The notes under the pieces were generated by a model, which did not search any database, was not told where the DNA came from, and was given only the letters and a program-made list of their open reading frames with translations. A stretch of DNA of 64,000 nucleotides. Origin: Acidaminococcus sp. (GTDB lineage: Bacteria > Bacillota > Negativicutes > Acidaminococcales > Acidaminococcaceae). The DNA lies in the NCBI RefSeq assembly GCF_050873445.1, contig NZ_JBNMIU010000004.1:2092-66091 (forward strand), written 5' to 3'. The translations under genes and the position numbers were made by a program. Positions 47,114 through 56,156 of this stretch are shown here, one piece after another. Each line of letters opens with the position of its first letter. Position 1 is the first letter of the stretch.

Positions 47114-47152
47114 AGGGACTGCGAAATCATTCTTCACAGTTCCTATTTTTTT
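47114..47152. terminator. Second, bidirectional terminator hairpin (hairpin part of repeat copy B)
   Basis: AGGGACTG pairs with CAGTTCCT, loop CGAAATCATTCTTCA. A5 lies upstream and T7 downstream. Confidence 0.6.
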
Positions 47153-47205
47153 GCCAGCATCAGCTGGCTTCCCTCGGATAGTGATTCATGACGGGGATGT
47201 GGTTA
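47153..47205 (-). repeat. Conserved tail of intergenic repeat, copy B (directly after the stop of the minus-strand CoA-transferase gene)
   Basis: GCCAGCATCAGCTGGCTTCCCTCGGATAGTGATTCATGACGGGGATGTGG. See copy A at 4491-4540. Confidence 0.5.
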
Positions 47206-48537
47206 GAAAAGCAGACCGCATTTTTTTGCATCCGCAGTGAGCTGTTCCCGGAAGGACGGATGGGCAATGGAAATGAGGGCTTTGGCCCGCTTGTCCAGGG
47301 GCAGGCCCCGGAGCCAGGCCGTACCATATTCGGTGACCACATAATCCACATCGTTCCGGGAGGTGGAAACGACGGTCCCCGGCCGGAAGGAAAGGACAAT
47401 CTTGGAACGCAGGATTTTTTCTCCATTCTGCTTTCGGGCAGTATAGCAGGAAGGAAGGGCCAGGATGGATTTGCCTCCCGGAGAGAGCTGGGCGCCTTCA
47501 ATCGTTTCTGTCTGGGCACCGGTGGCACTCCATTGGGTAAAGCCCATGGATTCAGCAGAACACTGGCCGGTCAGATCGATTTCCAGGGCTGTATTCAGGG
47601 AAACCATGTTCCGATTCCGTGCGATGACGGCCGGGGAGTTGGTATAATAGCCTCCTTTGATCAGGATGGTCCTGTTTTCATGAAGGAACTGGTACAGCTT
47701 TTGGCTGCCGGCGGCAAAAGCTGTCACCGTCTGTCCCGTATGGAAGTCTTTTTGGGAATTATCTACGGCTCCGCAGCGGATCAGCTCCATAAGGCTTTCA
47801 CTGAACATGCCGGAATGGATGCCCAGGTGACGGCGGTCTTTCAGCCGGATGGCCACCGCATCGGGGATGTGCCCCACGCCCAGCTGGAGGGTGGAACCGT
47901 CCGGAATCAGTTCAGCAACCCGGGTACCGATGGCTTCATCCACAGGACGCAGGGTGGCTTGCGGCATTTCCGGTACCGGCCGGTCTGTTTCCACAAAGGC
48001 GGTCACCCTCGAAAGGGGCAGAGTGGTATCCCCATAGGTCCGGGGAAAGCGGGAGCTCACTTCCAGGAGGACCAGCGCTCCGCTGTCAATGATTTCCCGT
48101 TCGAACAGGGCGCTGATGGAAAGAGAAAAATTTCCCTGCGCATCCAGAGGAGAAGCTGTGGCCAGAAGTACCGGACGGCGGTCTTCAGACCGGAGCCGCT
48201 GGAAGGTCTTTCGGACCAGGTTGGTGGAGTAACCGGGAATGAAGCTGCACAGTCCTTCCTGATGGGCTTTCCGTGCCGGCGGGCTGAAGAACCAACAGAC
48301 ATGTTCCAGGGTCTCCTGCATGGCCGGGTCATGGTACCAGGGAAGATCCCGGGCAGGCATACAGGAATTGAATATGATGTTTTTCCGACCCATCCTGTGG
48401 AGCAGGGGCAGCTGTTCCAGCAGCGTCACCGGCTCGGCCAGGGCCTGGGCGGACAGGATATAGTCACCGTCCCGGAGAAGGCTTAGCAGCTCTGGAACGG
48501 TCTTTTTTTTTGTATTGTATTCATTTAGCAAAGACAA
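47203..48537 (-). CDS. Acetyl-CoA hydrolase/transferase family protein (4-hydroxybutyrate / butyryl-CoA:acetate CoA-transferase-like)
   Basis: 444 aa (...LQLGVGHIPDAV..., ...NTALEIDLTGQCSAES...). TTG start with AAGGAGG 8 nt upstream. Confidence 0.85.
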   Translation of the reverse strand: MSLLNEYNTKKKTVPELLSLLRDGDYILSAQALAEPVTLLEQLPLLHRMGRKNIIFNSCMPARDLPWYHDPAMQETLEHVCWFFSPPARKAHQEGLCSFIPGYSTNLVRKTFQRLRSEDRRPVLLATASPLDAQGNFSLSISALFEREIIDSGALVLLEVSSRFPRTYGDTTLPLSRVTAFVETDRPVPEMPQATLRPVDEAIGTRVAELIPDGSTLQLGVGHIPDAVAIRLKDRRHLGIHSGMFSESLMELIRCGAVDNSQKDFHTGQTVTAFAAGSQKLYQFLHENRTILIKGGYYTNSPAVIARNRNMVSLNTALEIDLTGQCSAESMGFTQWSATGAQTETIEGAQLSPGGKSILALPSCYTARKQNGEKILRSKIVLSFRPGTVVSTSRNDVDYVVTEYGTAWLRGLPLDKRAKALISIAHPSFREQLTADAKKCGLLF

Positions 48538-48728
48538 AGGGAATTCCTCCTTATAAGATGGTCCGGACGATTTTACACAGCAGATTGCTCAGGGACTCAG
48601 GTACTGGAGCTCTGATTGATTGGATTTATTATACCATGGAACCCGGGCTCAACAGGGAAAGCGGTGGAAAAAGTCAGGAAATTGATGGGAAAACCGGAAT
48701 TTGTAACGGTTGTCTTATGAGAGGACAC

Positions 48729-48786
48729 ATACTGCTTATTGTGTCTACAACGTCGAAATCGAAGAGAAAAACACAATATATAGTAA
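48729..48786 (+). promoter_or_regulatory. Candidate tandem NrdR boxes
   Basis: Box 2 ACACAATATATAGTAA (48771-48786) matches the remembered consensus acaCwAtATaTwGtgt at 14 of 16 positions. Box 1 ATACTGCTTATTGTGT (48729-48744) matches only in its right half. The box starts are 42 bp apart. Confidence 0.4.
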
Positions 48787-48792
48787 TTTTCC

Positions 48793-48821
48793 TTGCAGAA
48801 AACAGGAAAGTATTGTATGAT
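48793..48821 (+). promoter_or_regulatory. Sigma-70-like promoter for nrdDG (TTGCAG-17-TATGAT)
   Basis: TTGCAG at 48793-48798, 17 nt spacer, TATGAT at 48816-48821. Confidence 0.45.
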
Positions 48822-48916
48822 AATAAAAGATTTTTCAAAGCCATTTAGAAAATAAATTCAATGAGATATTAATTATTGAAAAAAGAAAATAAGGATACCA
48901 GAGAAGGGGAGCGGCT

Positions 48917-51043
48917 ATGAAGGTTATCAAAAGAGACGGCTCTACGGTTTCTTTCGACCGGAGCAAGATCGTCAGAGCCATATCGAAAGCCAATAAGGCT
49001 GTGGAAGAAAAAGAACGGCTTCTGCAGGAAGATATCGAAGAGATTGCGTCTTTCGTAGAGCATAAGAACAAAAAGAGACTTCTGGTGGAAGATATCCAGG
49101 ATATGGTGGAAAAACAGATCATGATCCGGGGCCGATACGAACTGGCCAAGGCCTATATCATCTACCGCTACAACCGGGCTCTGGTCCGCAAGGCCAATAC
49201 CACCGATGATTCCATCCTGAGCCTGATCAGCAACAAGAACAAGGATGTGATGGAGGAAAACTCCAACAAGAATGCCGTCATGGTTTCCACCCAGCGTGAC
49301 TTGATTGCCGGAGAAGTATCCCGTGACCTGACCCGCCGTGTGGTGTTGCCGGAAAAGATTTCCCGGGCCCATGACGAAGGGGTCATTCATTTCCATGATT
49401 CGGATTACTTCATCCAGCCCATGTTCAACTGCTGCCTGGTGAACCTGGGCGATATGCTGGATAACGGTACGGTGATGCACGGCAAACTGATTGAAAGTCC
49501 CAAGAGCTTCCAGGTGGCCTGTACCGTCATGACCCAGATCATTGCCTCTGTGGCTTCCGCCCAGTACGGCGGCCAGTCCGTGGATGTGTCCCACCTTGGT
49601 AAATACCTGCGCCGCAGCCGGGAAAAATTCAGGAAGCGCCTGATTGAAACCACCCATGGTGATTTGCCGGAAGATGAGATGGAAGCCATCCTGGACAGCC
49701 GGATGAAAGATGAACTGGCCAGCGGGGTACAGACCATCCAATATCAGATCAATACATTGATGACTACAAACGGACAATCTCCTTTCGTGACATTGTTCCT
49801 GCATCTGGACCCCAACGATGAATACATTGAGGAAAATGCCCAGATCATCGAAGAAATCCTGCAGCAGCGCCTGGAGGGCATCAAGAATGAAGTGGGCGTC
49901 TATGTGACTCCGGCCTTCCCGAAACTGGTGTACGTACTGGACGAATTCAACTGCCTGAAGGGCGGTAAGTACGATTATCTGACTAAGCTGGCTGTGAAGT
50001 GCTCCATCAAACGGATGTATCCGGATTACATTTCCGCCAAGAAAATGCGGGAAATCTATCAGGGCAATGTGTTTTCTCCCATGGGCTGCCGTTCCTTCCT
50101 GTCTCCCTGGAAGGATAAGGATGGCAACTACAAGTTCGAAGGAAGATTCAATCAGGGTGTTGTTTCTCTGAATCTGCCCCAGATCGGTATCATTGCCAAA
50201 GGTGACGAAGACAAGTTCTGGAAACTGCTGGATGAACGGCTGGAACTGTGCTATGAAGCCCTGATGGTGCGCCACAATGCGCTGAAGGGCATCCGCAGCG
50301 ATGTGAGTCCCATCCACTGGCAGAACGGTGCCATCGCCCGGCTGAAGAAGGGTGAGACCATCGATAAACTGCTGGAAGGCGGCTATTCTACCCTGAGCCT
50401 GGGCTATATCGGACTGTACGAATGTACCAAGGCCATGAAGGGTGTCAGCCATACCACCCCTGAAGGGGAAGAATTTGCTATGCGGGTGATGAAGCGCCTG
50501 CGCAAGGCTTGTGATGACTGGAAAGCCAAAACCGGCCTGGGCTTCGCCCTGTACGGTACTCCGGCGGAATCCTTGTGTTATCGATTTGCCCGGATTGACA
50601 AAGAACGGTTCGGCACCATCAAAGACATTACCGACAAGGGCTACTACACCAACTCCTACCATGTGGATGTACGGGAACCCATTGATGCCTTCAGCAAGTT
50701 CAAGTTCGAATCTCAGTTCCAGCCCATTTCTTCCGGCGGCTGCATTTCCTATGTAGAAATCCCTAACATGAAGAAGAATCCCACAGCCATCGAAGACGTG
50801 GTCCGGTTTATCTACGACAATATCCAGTATGCGGAATTCAATACAAAATCCGATTACTGCCAGGTATGCGGCTTTGACGGAGAAATCCAGATCAACGACA
50901 ATCTGGAATGGGAATGCCCGCAATGCCACAACAAGGACCAGTCCAAGATGAACGTAACCCGGCGGACCTGCGGGTACCTGGGCGAAAACTTCTGGAATGT
51001 GGGCAAGACCAAAGAAATCAAATCGAGAGTGCTGCATCTGTAA
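48917..51043 (+). CDS. nrdD: Anaerobic ribonucleoside-triphosphate reductase
   Basis: 708 aa with an N-terminal ATP-cone (MKVIKRDGSTVSFDRSKI), a C-terminal Zn-ribbon (CQVCG...CPQC) and the glycyl-radical motif RRTCGYLG. Confidence 0.95.
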   Translation: MKVIKRDGSTVSFDRSKIVRAISKANKAVEEKERLLQEDIEEIASFVEHKNKKRLLVEDIQDMVEKQIMIRGRYELAKAYIIYRYNRALVRKANTTDDSILSLISNKNKDVMEENSNKNAVMVSTQRDLIAGEVSRDLTRRVVLPEKISRAHDEGVIHFHDSDYFIQPMFNCCLVNLGDMLDNGTVMHGKLIESPKSFQVACTVMTQIIASVASAQYGGQSVDVSHLGKYLRRSREKFRKRLIETTHGDLPEDEMEAILDSRMKDELASGVQTIQYQINTLMTTNGQSPFVTLFLHLDPNDEYIEENAQIIEEILQQRLEGIKNEVGVYVTPAFPKLVYVLDEFNCLKGGKYDYLTKLAVKCSIKRMYPDYISAKKMREIYQGNVFSPMGCRSFLSPWKDKDGNYKFEGRFNQGVVSLNLPQIGIIAKGDEDKFWKLLDERLELCYEALMVRHNALKGIRSDVSPIHWQNGAIARLKKGETIDKLLEGGYSTLSLGYIGLYECTKAMKGVSHTTPEGEEFAMRVMKRLRKACDDWKAKTGLGFALYGTPAESLCYRFARIDKERFGTIKDITDKGYYTNSYHVDVREPIDAFSKFKFESQFQPISSGGCISYVEIPNMKKNPTAIEDVVRFIYDNIQYAEFNTKSDYCQVCGFDGEIQINDNLEWECPQCHNKDQSKMNVTRRTCGYLGENFWNVGKTKEIKSRVLHL

Positions 51044-51055
51044 GGAGGCTTTTTC

Positions 51056-51589
51056 GTGAATTACGCGACCATCAAGAAAGTGGACGTGGCCAACGGCCCG
51101 GGCGTGCGGGTTTCCTTGTACGTCAGTGGCTGCACCCACCACTGCAAAGGTTGTTTCAACCAGGAAACCTGGGATTTTGCTTATGGAAAGCCTTTTACGC
51201 AGGCCCAGCTGAAAGAAATCCTGGAAGATTTGGAACCGGACTACATCCGGGGCTTCTCCCTTTTGGGCGGAGAACCCTTCGAACCGGTCAACCAGGAAGT
51301 GCTGGTGGGCGTACTCCGTCATATCCGGGAGCGCTATCCGCAAAAGACCATCTGGTGCTACAGCGGCTATCTGTTCGATCATGATATGCTGACCGGGAAG
51401 CTGGGCGACCCAGCCATTACCCGGGAAATGCTGGGGTATCTGGATGTACTGGTAGACGGGGAATTCGTGGAAAGCAAAAAAAATCTGAATCTGCGGTTCA
51501 AAGGCAGCGAAAACCAGCGGATCATCAATGTACCCAAGTCTCTGGAAACGGGCAGTATCGTTTTGTGGGACGGAGAGGAATACGCGTAA
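51056..51589 (+). CDS. nrdG: Anaerobic ribonucleotide reductase activating protein (radical SAM)
   Basis: CTHHCKGC cluster motif, 177 aa. GTG start with AAGGAGG upstream. Confidence 0.9.
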   Translation: MNYATIKKVDVANGPGVRVSLYVSGCTHHCKGCFNQETWDFAYGKPFTQAQLKEILEDLEPDYIRGFSLLGGEPFEPVNQEVLVGVLRHIRERYPQKTIWCYSGYLFDHDMLTGKLGDPAITREMLGYLDVLVDGEFVESKKNLNLRFKGSENQRIINVPKSLETGSIVLWDGEEYA

Positions 51590-51627
51590 AAAAATCCTGT
51601 CGCCGAATGCGGCAGGATTTTTTTACG
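51589..51627 (+). terminator. Intrinsic terminator after nrdG
   Basis: AAAAAATCCTGTCGC CGAAT GCGGCAGGATTTTTTT. Confidence 0.85.
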
Positions 51628-51814
51628 GGCGGTTTGCAGCCACCCTATGTTTCCAGTTTCTCGTCTCTGGTCAAAGAAAAAATTTTCGAAAGCCAATCTT
51701 CAATATGGGGCAAACGATTTTCTCTTTCTGTTTTCAAATGTTTGAAAAAATGGTACAATAAATTTGATGATTCTCTATAGAAATTTCTCATGTTGTATAG
51801 ATACAGGAGGATGA

Positions 51815-53026
51815 ATGATGGACGTATTGGCTATGACGGAAGACGAACTGCAAGCGAAATGTGTGGAATGGCGCCGGTGGTTCCATGAACACCCGGAAGT
51901 GAGTACCAAGGAGCAGCATACTTCTGAAAAGATTTATTCCATTCTGGAGGAACTGGGGCTGGATCCGGTCCGGGGCCAGGGACATTACGGGGTGGCTGCT
52001 ACTCTCAAAGGAGGCAAACCGGGACCTATGGTGGCGCTGCGGGCGGACATGGATGCCCTTTCGGTGAAAGAAGATACGGGTCTGCCCTATGCTTCCCAAA
52101 ATCCTGGGGTCATGCATGCATGCGGTCATGATGTCCATATGACCACGTTGCTGGAAACCATCCTGCGGCTGCTGCGCCGGAAGGATGAAATCCAGGGCAG
52201 CGTACGGATTCTGTTCCAGCCGTCGGAGGAACTGGCTCCCACCGGTGGTGCTCGGTACATGATCAAGGACGGATTTCTGAAGGATGTGAAGGCGGTGTTC
52301 GGGCTTCACGTCTGGCCCAACTATGTATGCGGACAGATCGGTGTGAAACCGGGGGCCATGATGGCCGGTTCTGATCGGATCAAAGTGGTGATCAAAGGGA
52401 AGACTTCCCATGCAGGTCATCCCCAGGAAGGTATCGATGCCATCATGGCGGCCGCGGATTTTCTGGAACAGGTCAGCCACATCGTCAGTCGGCGGGTGAG
52501 CCCTCTGGCCACAGCGACCATCAATATCGGCACCATCCACGGGGGTTCCCGGTACAATGTAGTGCCCGATGAAGTGACCCTGGAAGGCACCATCCGTACC
52601 CTGGACGAAACCAATCGGAAGAACATCCCGGAATTCATCCAGGGGATCCTGGACGGATTGAAAAAGTCCGCTGGGGTGGATTATGAATTCAACTATTACT
52701 ATGGCTATCCGGTGCTGGACAACTGGCCGGTGCCGGCGAAACTGGTGGCAGATACGGCCCGGCAGGTACTGGGCGAAAAGGGACTGGCATCCCATGTGGT
52801 GCCGGATCTGACGGCAGAGGACTTTGGCTTCTATATGCAGGATATCCCTGGTTCATTCCTGTGGCTGGGTTGTGGTACGGAAGGGCAGGCCGTCCATGGC
52901 CTGCACAATGCCAAGATGTGCCCCAATGAAAATGCCCTGGTGGTGGGGTCCAAGCTGATGAGCCAGGTAGTGATCAATGCCCTGGATGCATTGCACAAAG
53001 GCGTGGATTTTACCCACAGGGACTGA
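51815..53026 (+). CDS. M20-family amidohydrolase (N-acyl-amino-acid amidohydrolase / hippurate hydrolase-like)
   Basis: MHACGHDVH metal-binding motif, 403 aa. Confidence 0.85.
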   Translation: MMDVLAMTEDELQAKCVEWRRWFHEHPEVSTKEQHTSEKIYSILEELGLDPVRGQGHYGVAATLKGGKPGPMVALRADMDALSVKEDTGLPYASQNPGVMHACGHDVHMTTLLETILRLLRRKDEIQGSVRILFQPSEELAPTGGARYMIKDGFLKDVKAVFGLHVWPNYVCGQIGVKPGAMMAGSDRIKVVIKGKTSHAGHPQEGIDAIMAAADFLEQVSHIVSRRVSPLATATINIGTIHGGSRYNVVPDEVTLEGTIRTLDETNRKNIPEFIQGILDGLKKSAGVDYEFNYYYGYPVLDNWPVPAKLVADTARQVLGEKGLASHVVPDLTAEDFGFYMQDIPGSFLWLGCGTEGQAVHGLHNAKMCPNENALVVGSKLMSQVVINALDALHKGVDFTHRD

Positions 53027-53039
53027 AAAGGAGATAGGT

Positions 53040-53633
53040 ATGAAACTGGCATTTATCGGTGACAGTCTGGTGAGCTGCACCAACGTAACCCTGGCGGACA
53101 CATGGTATGATATTGCCTCTAAAAAGAGAGGCTTCGATGTGGTGAACAATGCGGCCGGGGGCAAGCTGACCCTGGTCATGTGGGGGATGTTCAATATGGA
53201 CGTGGTGGATGAAAAAGCCGATGGGGTGTTCATCTGCTGCGGCATGAACGACATCCTGCTGGATGACCCGCTGAGCAAGGTGAAGGAAAATATGTCCGGT
53301 ACCTTCGACAAGGCGGAAAAGGCCGGGCTGGATCCGATCTTCATCGGGCTGCTGCCGCTCACCCGCATCGAAAGCACGGAAAAGGGCTGGCAGCTGCCCA
53401 GCGAATTTGAAAAGCACAATGCCGTGCTGAAGGAATACCGCCAATGGCTGAAGGAAGAAGCAGCCCGGCGGAACCTGCCCACACTGGACTATGAACAGGT
53501 GCTTAGCGACGCTGAAAAGGCCGCCGGCCACTCTCTGTTCGAAGATGGACTTCATCCCACGCCGGAAGGGTATCGGGCCATTGCCGATGCCTTTGTGGCC
53601 CTGCTGGACGAAACCCAGAAGGAGAAAGCATGA
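53040..53633 (+). CDS. SGNH/GDSL-family hydrolase
   Basis: MKLAFIGDSL block I motif and a C-terminal DGLHPTPEG (DxxH) block. AAAGGAG is 6 nt before the ATG at 53040. Confidence 0.75.
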   Translation: MKLAFIGDSLVSCTNVTLADTWYDIASKKRGFDVVNNAAGGKLTLVMWGMFNMDVVDEKADGVFICCGMNDILLDDPLSKVKENMSGTFDKAEKAGLDPIFIGLLPLTRIESTEKGWQLPSEFEKHNAVLKEYRQWLKEEAARRNLPTLDYEQVLSDAEKAAGHSLFEDGLHPTPEGYRAIADAFVALLDETQKEKA

Positions 53634-54016
53634 TCCGGGACCCAAAGGCTCCTGTGATTATGACCCGCTCAGTGATGCTGAAAATGGCTAACTCCGCTGG
53701 GAACCTGTTCGGGGGTACTCTCATGGGCTGGATGGATGAAGTGAGCGGCATTGCAGCCCATCGGTTTACCTGGACCAGGGTGACCACGGCAGCAGTGAAA
53801 AACCTGAACTTCCGGAAACCCATTCCCTACGGCTCCGTACTGCAGCTGGAAGGACGAGTGGTTCGGGTAGGTCATGCCTCCATGGACGTGGAAGTGGTGG
53901 CCTGGCTGGAGCAGGAACAGGAAGACCAGGAACCCATCCGGGCGGCGGATGCCCTGTTCGTATACGTTTCACTGGACGATGAAGGAAAACCGAAAAAGAT
54001 AGAACGGACGCTGTAA
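53630..54016 (+). CDS. Acyl-CoA thioesterase (hotdog fold, YciA-like)
   Basis: 128 aa (...ANSAGNLFGGTLMGWMDEVSGIAA...). ATGA overlap with the GDSL gene. Confidence 0.8.
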   Translation: MIRDPKAPVIMTRSVMLKMANSAGNLFGGTLMGWMDEVSGIAAHRFTWTRVTTAAVKNLNFRKPIPYGSVLQLEGRVVRVGHASMDVEVVAWLEQEQEDQEPIRAADALFVYVSLDDEGKPKKIERTL

Positions 54017-54018
54017 GC

Positions 54019-54060
54019 AAGAGGGGTGTGAAAAAGCATTTTTTCACACCCCTCTTTTTC
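54019..54060 (+). terminator. Intrinsic terminator
   Basis: AGAGGGGTGTGAAAAA .. TTTTTCACACCCCTCT followed by TTTTT. Confidence 0.85.
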
Positions 54061-54198
54061 TATAAACCTCCGGGTTTCCTCCTTTTAGACAATGGAGACT
54101 TCTGATTCCAGCTTCTTTTCGGTAGAGTATAGGAGTAAGGCAAAAACCGGTCTATCCAACTGGAAAGAAGAGAAAATCAAATCAGAGAGGTGTCAGTT

Positions 54199-55194
54199 AT
54201 GAAAAAAAGGATGTTAGGGAAAAGCGGTATCCAGGTCAATCCCGTAGGATTGGGCTGTATGGGGTTCAGCCATGCTTATGGTCATGCTATGGACGAACAG
54301 GAAGCAATTTCCATTTTGCGCCAGTCCCAGGACGTAGGGTATGATTTTTTCGATACGGCTGAAGTCTATAAAGAAAAACTGGCTGATGGAACCCTGTCCT
54401 GGAATGAAGAAGTGGTAGGGAAGGCCCTGGCGCCGGTACGCCAGCAGGTGGTTATCGCTACCAAGATGGGGATCCGGATTGAACCGGACCAGTCACTGAG
54501 TACTGATGCCCGGCCGGAAGTCATCCGGAAAAGTCTGGAAGGTAGCCTGAAACGGCTGGGTACGGACTATGTGGATCTATATTACCAGCACCGGATCGAT
54601 CCGGCGGTGGAACCGGAAGTGGTGGCAGATACCATGGCCAAGCTGATCAGGGAAGGCAAAATCCGGGCTTGGGGGATTTCGGAAGCCAATGAAGAATATC
54701 TGCGGCGGGCCAATGCGGTCTGCCCGGTGGCAGCTATCCAGAACAGGTACTCCATGATGGCTCGCTGGCATGAAAACCTGTTCCCTGTATGTGAAGAACT
54801 GGGTGTCTCTTTTGTGGCATTTTCTCCCCTGGCCAACGGATTCCTGACCGGGAAATACACGAAGACCGGTCAGTTTACAGACAAGAAGGATTACCGCTCC
54901 AAGATGCCCCAGTTCACGGCAGAAGGAGAAGAAAAAGGGAAACAGCTCCTGCAGCTGCTCCAGGAACTGGGGGAACAGAAAAAGGCTTCCGTGGGGCAAT
55001 TGTCCCTGGCCTGGATGCTCTGCAAAAAAACGTATATCATCCCTATCCCCGGATCGCGGAAAATTTCCCGTTTAAAAGAGAACTTTTCGGCTCTCCAGGT
55101 ATTCCTTTCTCCGGGAGAAATCGAACAGCTCGACCGGGCACTGGATCGGATGGAACTGCCTGTCTTCGGGGGCAGTAAGATCGCTTCCAAATAA
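54199..55194 (+). CDS. Aldo/keto reductase (Tas/AKR11-14-like)
   Basis: MKKRMLGKSGIQVNPVGLGCMGFS... and DLYYQHRID motifs. Confidence 0.85.
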   Translation: MKKRMLGKSGIQVNPVGLGCMGFSHAYGHAMDEQEAISILRQSQDVGYDFFDTAEVYKEKLADGTLSWNEEVVGKALAPVRQQVVIATKMGIRIEPDQSLSTDARPEVIRKSLEGSLKRLGTDYVDLYYQHRIDPAVEPEVVADTMAKLIREGKIRAWGISEANEEYLRRANAVCPVAAIQNRYSMMARWHENLFPVCEELGVSFVAFSPLANGFLTGKYTKTGQFTDKKDYRSKMPQFTAEGEEKGKQLLQLLQELGEQKKASVGQLSLAWMLCKKTYIIPIPGSRKISRLKENFSALQVFLSPGEIEQLDRALDRMELPVFGGSKIASK

Positions 55195-55204
55195 GGAGAA
55201 TATC

Positions 55205-56056
55205 ATGGAAAAAGTAACTTTGAACAACGGGATTTCCATGCCCCTGGAGGGCTTTGGTGTCTTCCAGATCACCGATTCCAGGGAATGTGAAGAAGTCACC
55301 TGGGGGGCATTGAAAGCCGGGTATCGGATGATCGATACAGCAGCGGCCTATGGTAATGAAGAAGCCGTAGGTCGGGCTATCCGGAAAAGCGGGATTCCCA
55401 GGGAGGAAATTTTTATCGTTTCCAAATTGTGGCTGCAGGATTATGGCTACGAAAATGCCCAGAACGGCCTGAAAGTTTCCCTGAAAAAACTGGGCCAGGA
55501 ATATGTAGACCTGTACTTGCTGCACCAGCCTCTGGGAGATACTATGGGAGCCTGGAGGGCCCTGGAGGATGCTTATCAGGAAGGAAGAGTCCGGGCTATC
55601 GGCGTAGCCAATTTTTCTCCGGCTCAGCTGACCGATTTCTGTGAAAGCGTCACTCTGCGTCCAGCTGTGGATCAGGTGGAAATCCATCCGTTTTTTGCCC
55701 AGAAAATTGCCTTGGACACAATGAATGAATATGGAGTTCAGCCTCAGGCATGGGCTCCTCTGGCAGAAGGAAATTTCGGCATCTTTTCCCATCCGCTGCT
55801 GGCAGAAATTGGGAGACGATACGGTAAATCACCGGCACAGGTGGCTCTGCGCTGGAATGTACAGCGAGGCATTTCCGTCATCCCGAAGACCACCCATTGC
55901 CGGTATGTGAAGCAGAACCTGGATATCTGGAATTTCCAGCTGACAGAGGAGGAAATGACCCAAGTAGATTCTCTGGATATGGGACACAGTGAAATTGTGG
56001 ACTTCAATAATCCAGCCTTTATCCGGAAACTGCATAACTGGAAAATCCATTCGTAA
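55205..56056 (+). CDS. Aldo/keto reductase (2,5-diketo-D-gluconate reductase-like)
   Basis: LNNGISMPLEGFGVFQ, DTAAAYGNEE and DLYLLHQP motifs, 283 aa. Confidence 0.85.
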   Translation: MEKVTLNNGISMPLEGFGVFQITDSRECEEVTWGALKAGYRMIDTAAAYGNEEAVGRAIRKSGIPREEIFIVSKLWLQDYGYENAQNGLKVSLKKLGQEYVDLYLLHQPLGDTMGAWRALEDAYQEGRVRAIGVANFSPAQLTDFCESVTLRPAVDQVEIHPFFAQKIALDTMNEYGVQPQAWAPLAEGNFGIFSHPLLAEIGRRYGKSPAQVALRWNVQRGISVIPKTTHCRYVKQNLDIWNFQLTEEEMTQVDSLDMGHSEIVDFNNPAFIRKLHNWKIHS

Positions 56057-56156
56057 AAAAGAGCAGGGAACAGAAAAATTTTTGTTAAAAAAAGCAGGAA
56101 GTAGTTACTACTGGAGTGAATAAGGAGTATAGAGGATTTTCGAAAGGATGGATTAT

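Noticed and set aside
47188-48486. 432-aa plus-strand ORF opposite the CoA-transferase gene.
   Set aside because: This is the same shadow-ORF phenomenon. The minus-strand protein has clear family motifs and a strong RBS, and the plus-strand ORF has neither.
48510-48848. 112-aa plus-strand ORF in the nrdD upstream region.
   Set aside because: It has no RBS and lies in AT-rich promoter DNA containing the NrdR-box and promoter candidates. It also overlaps the start region of the minus-strand CoA-transferase gene.
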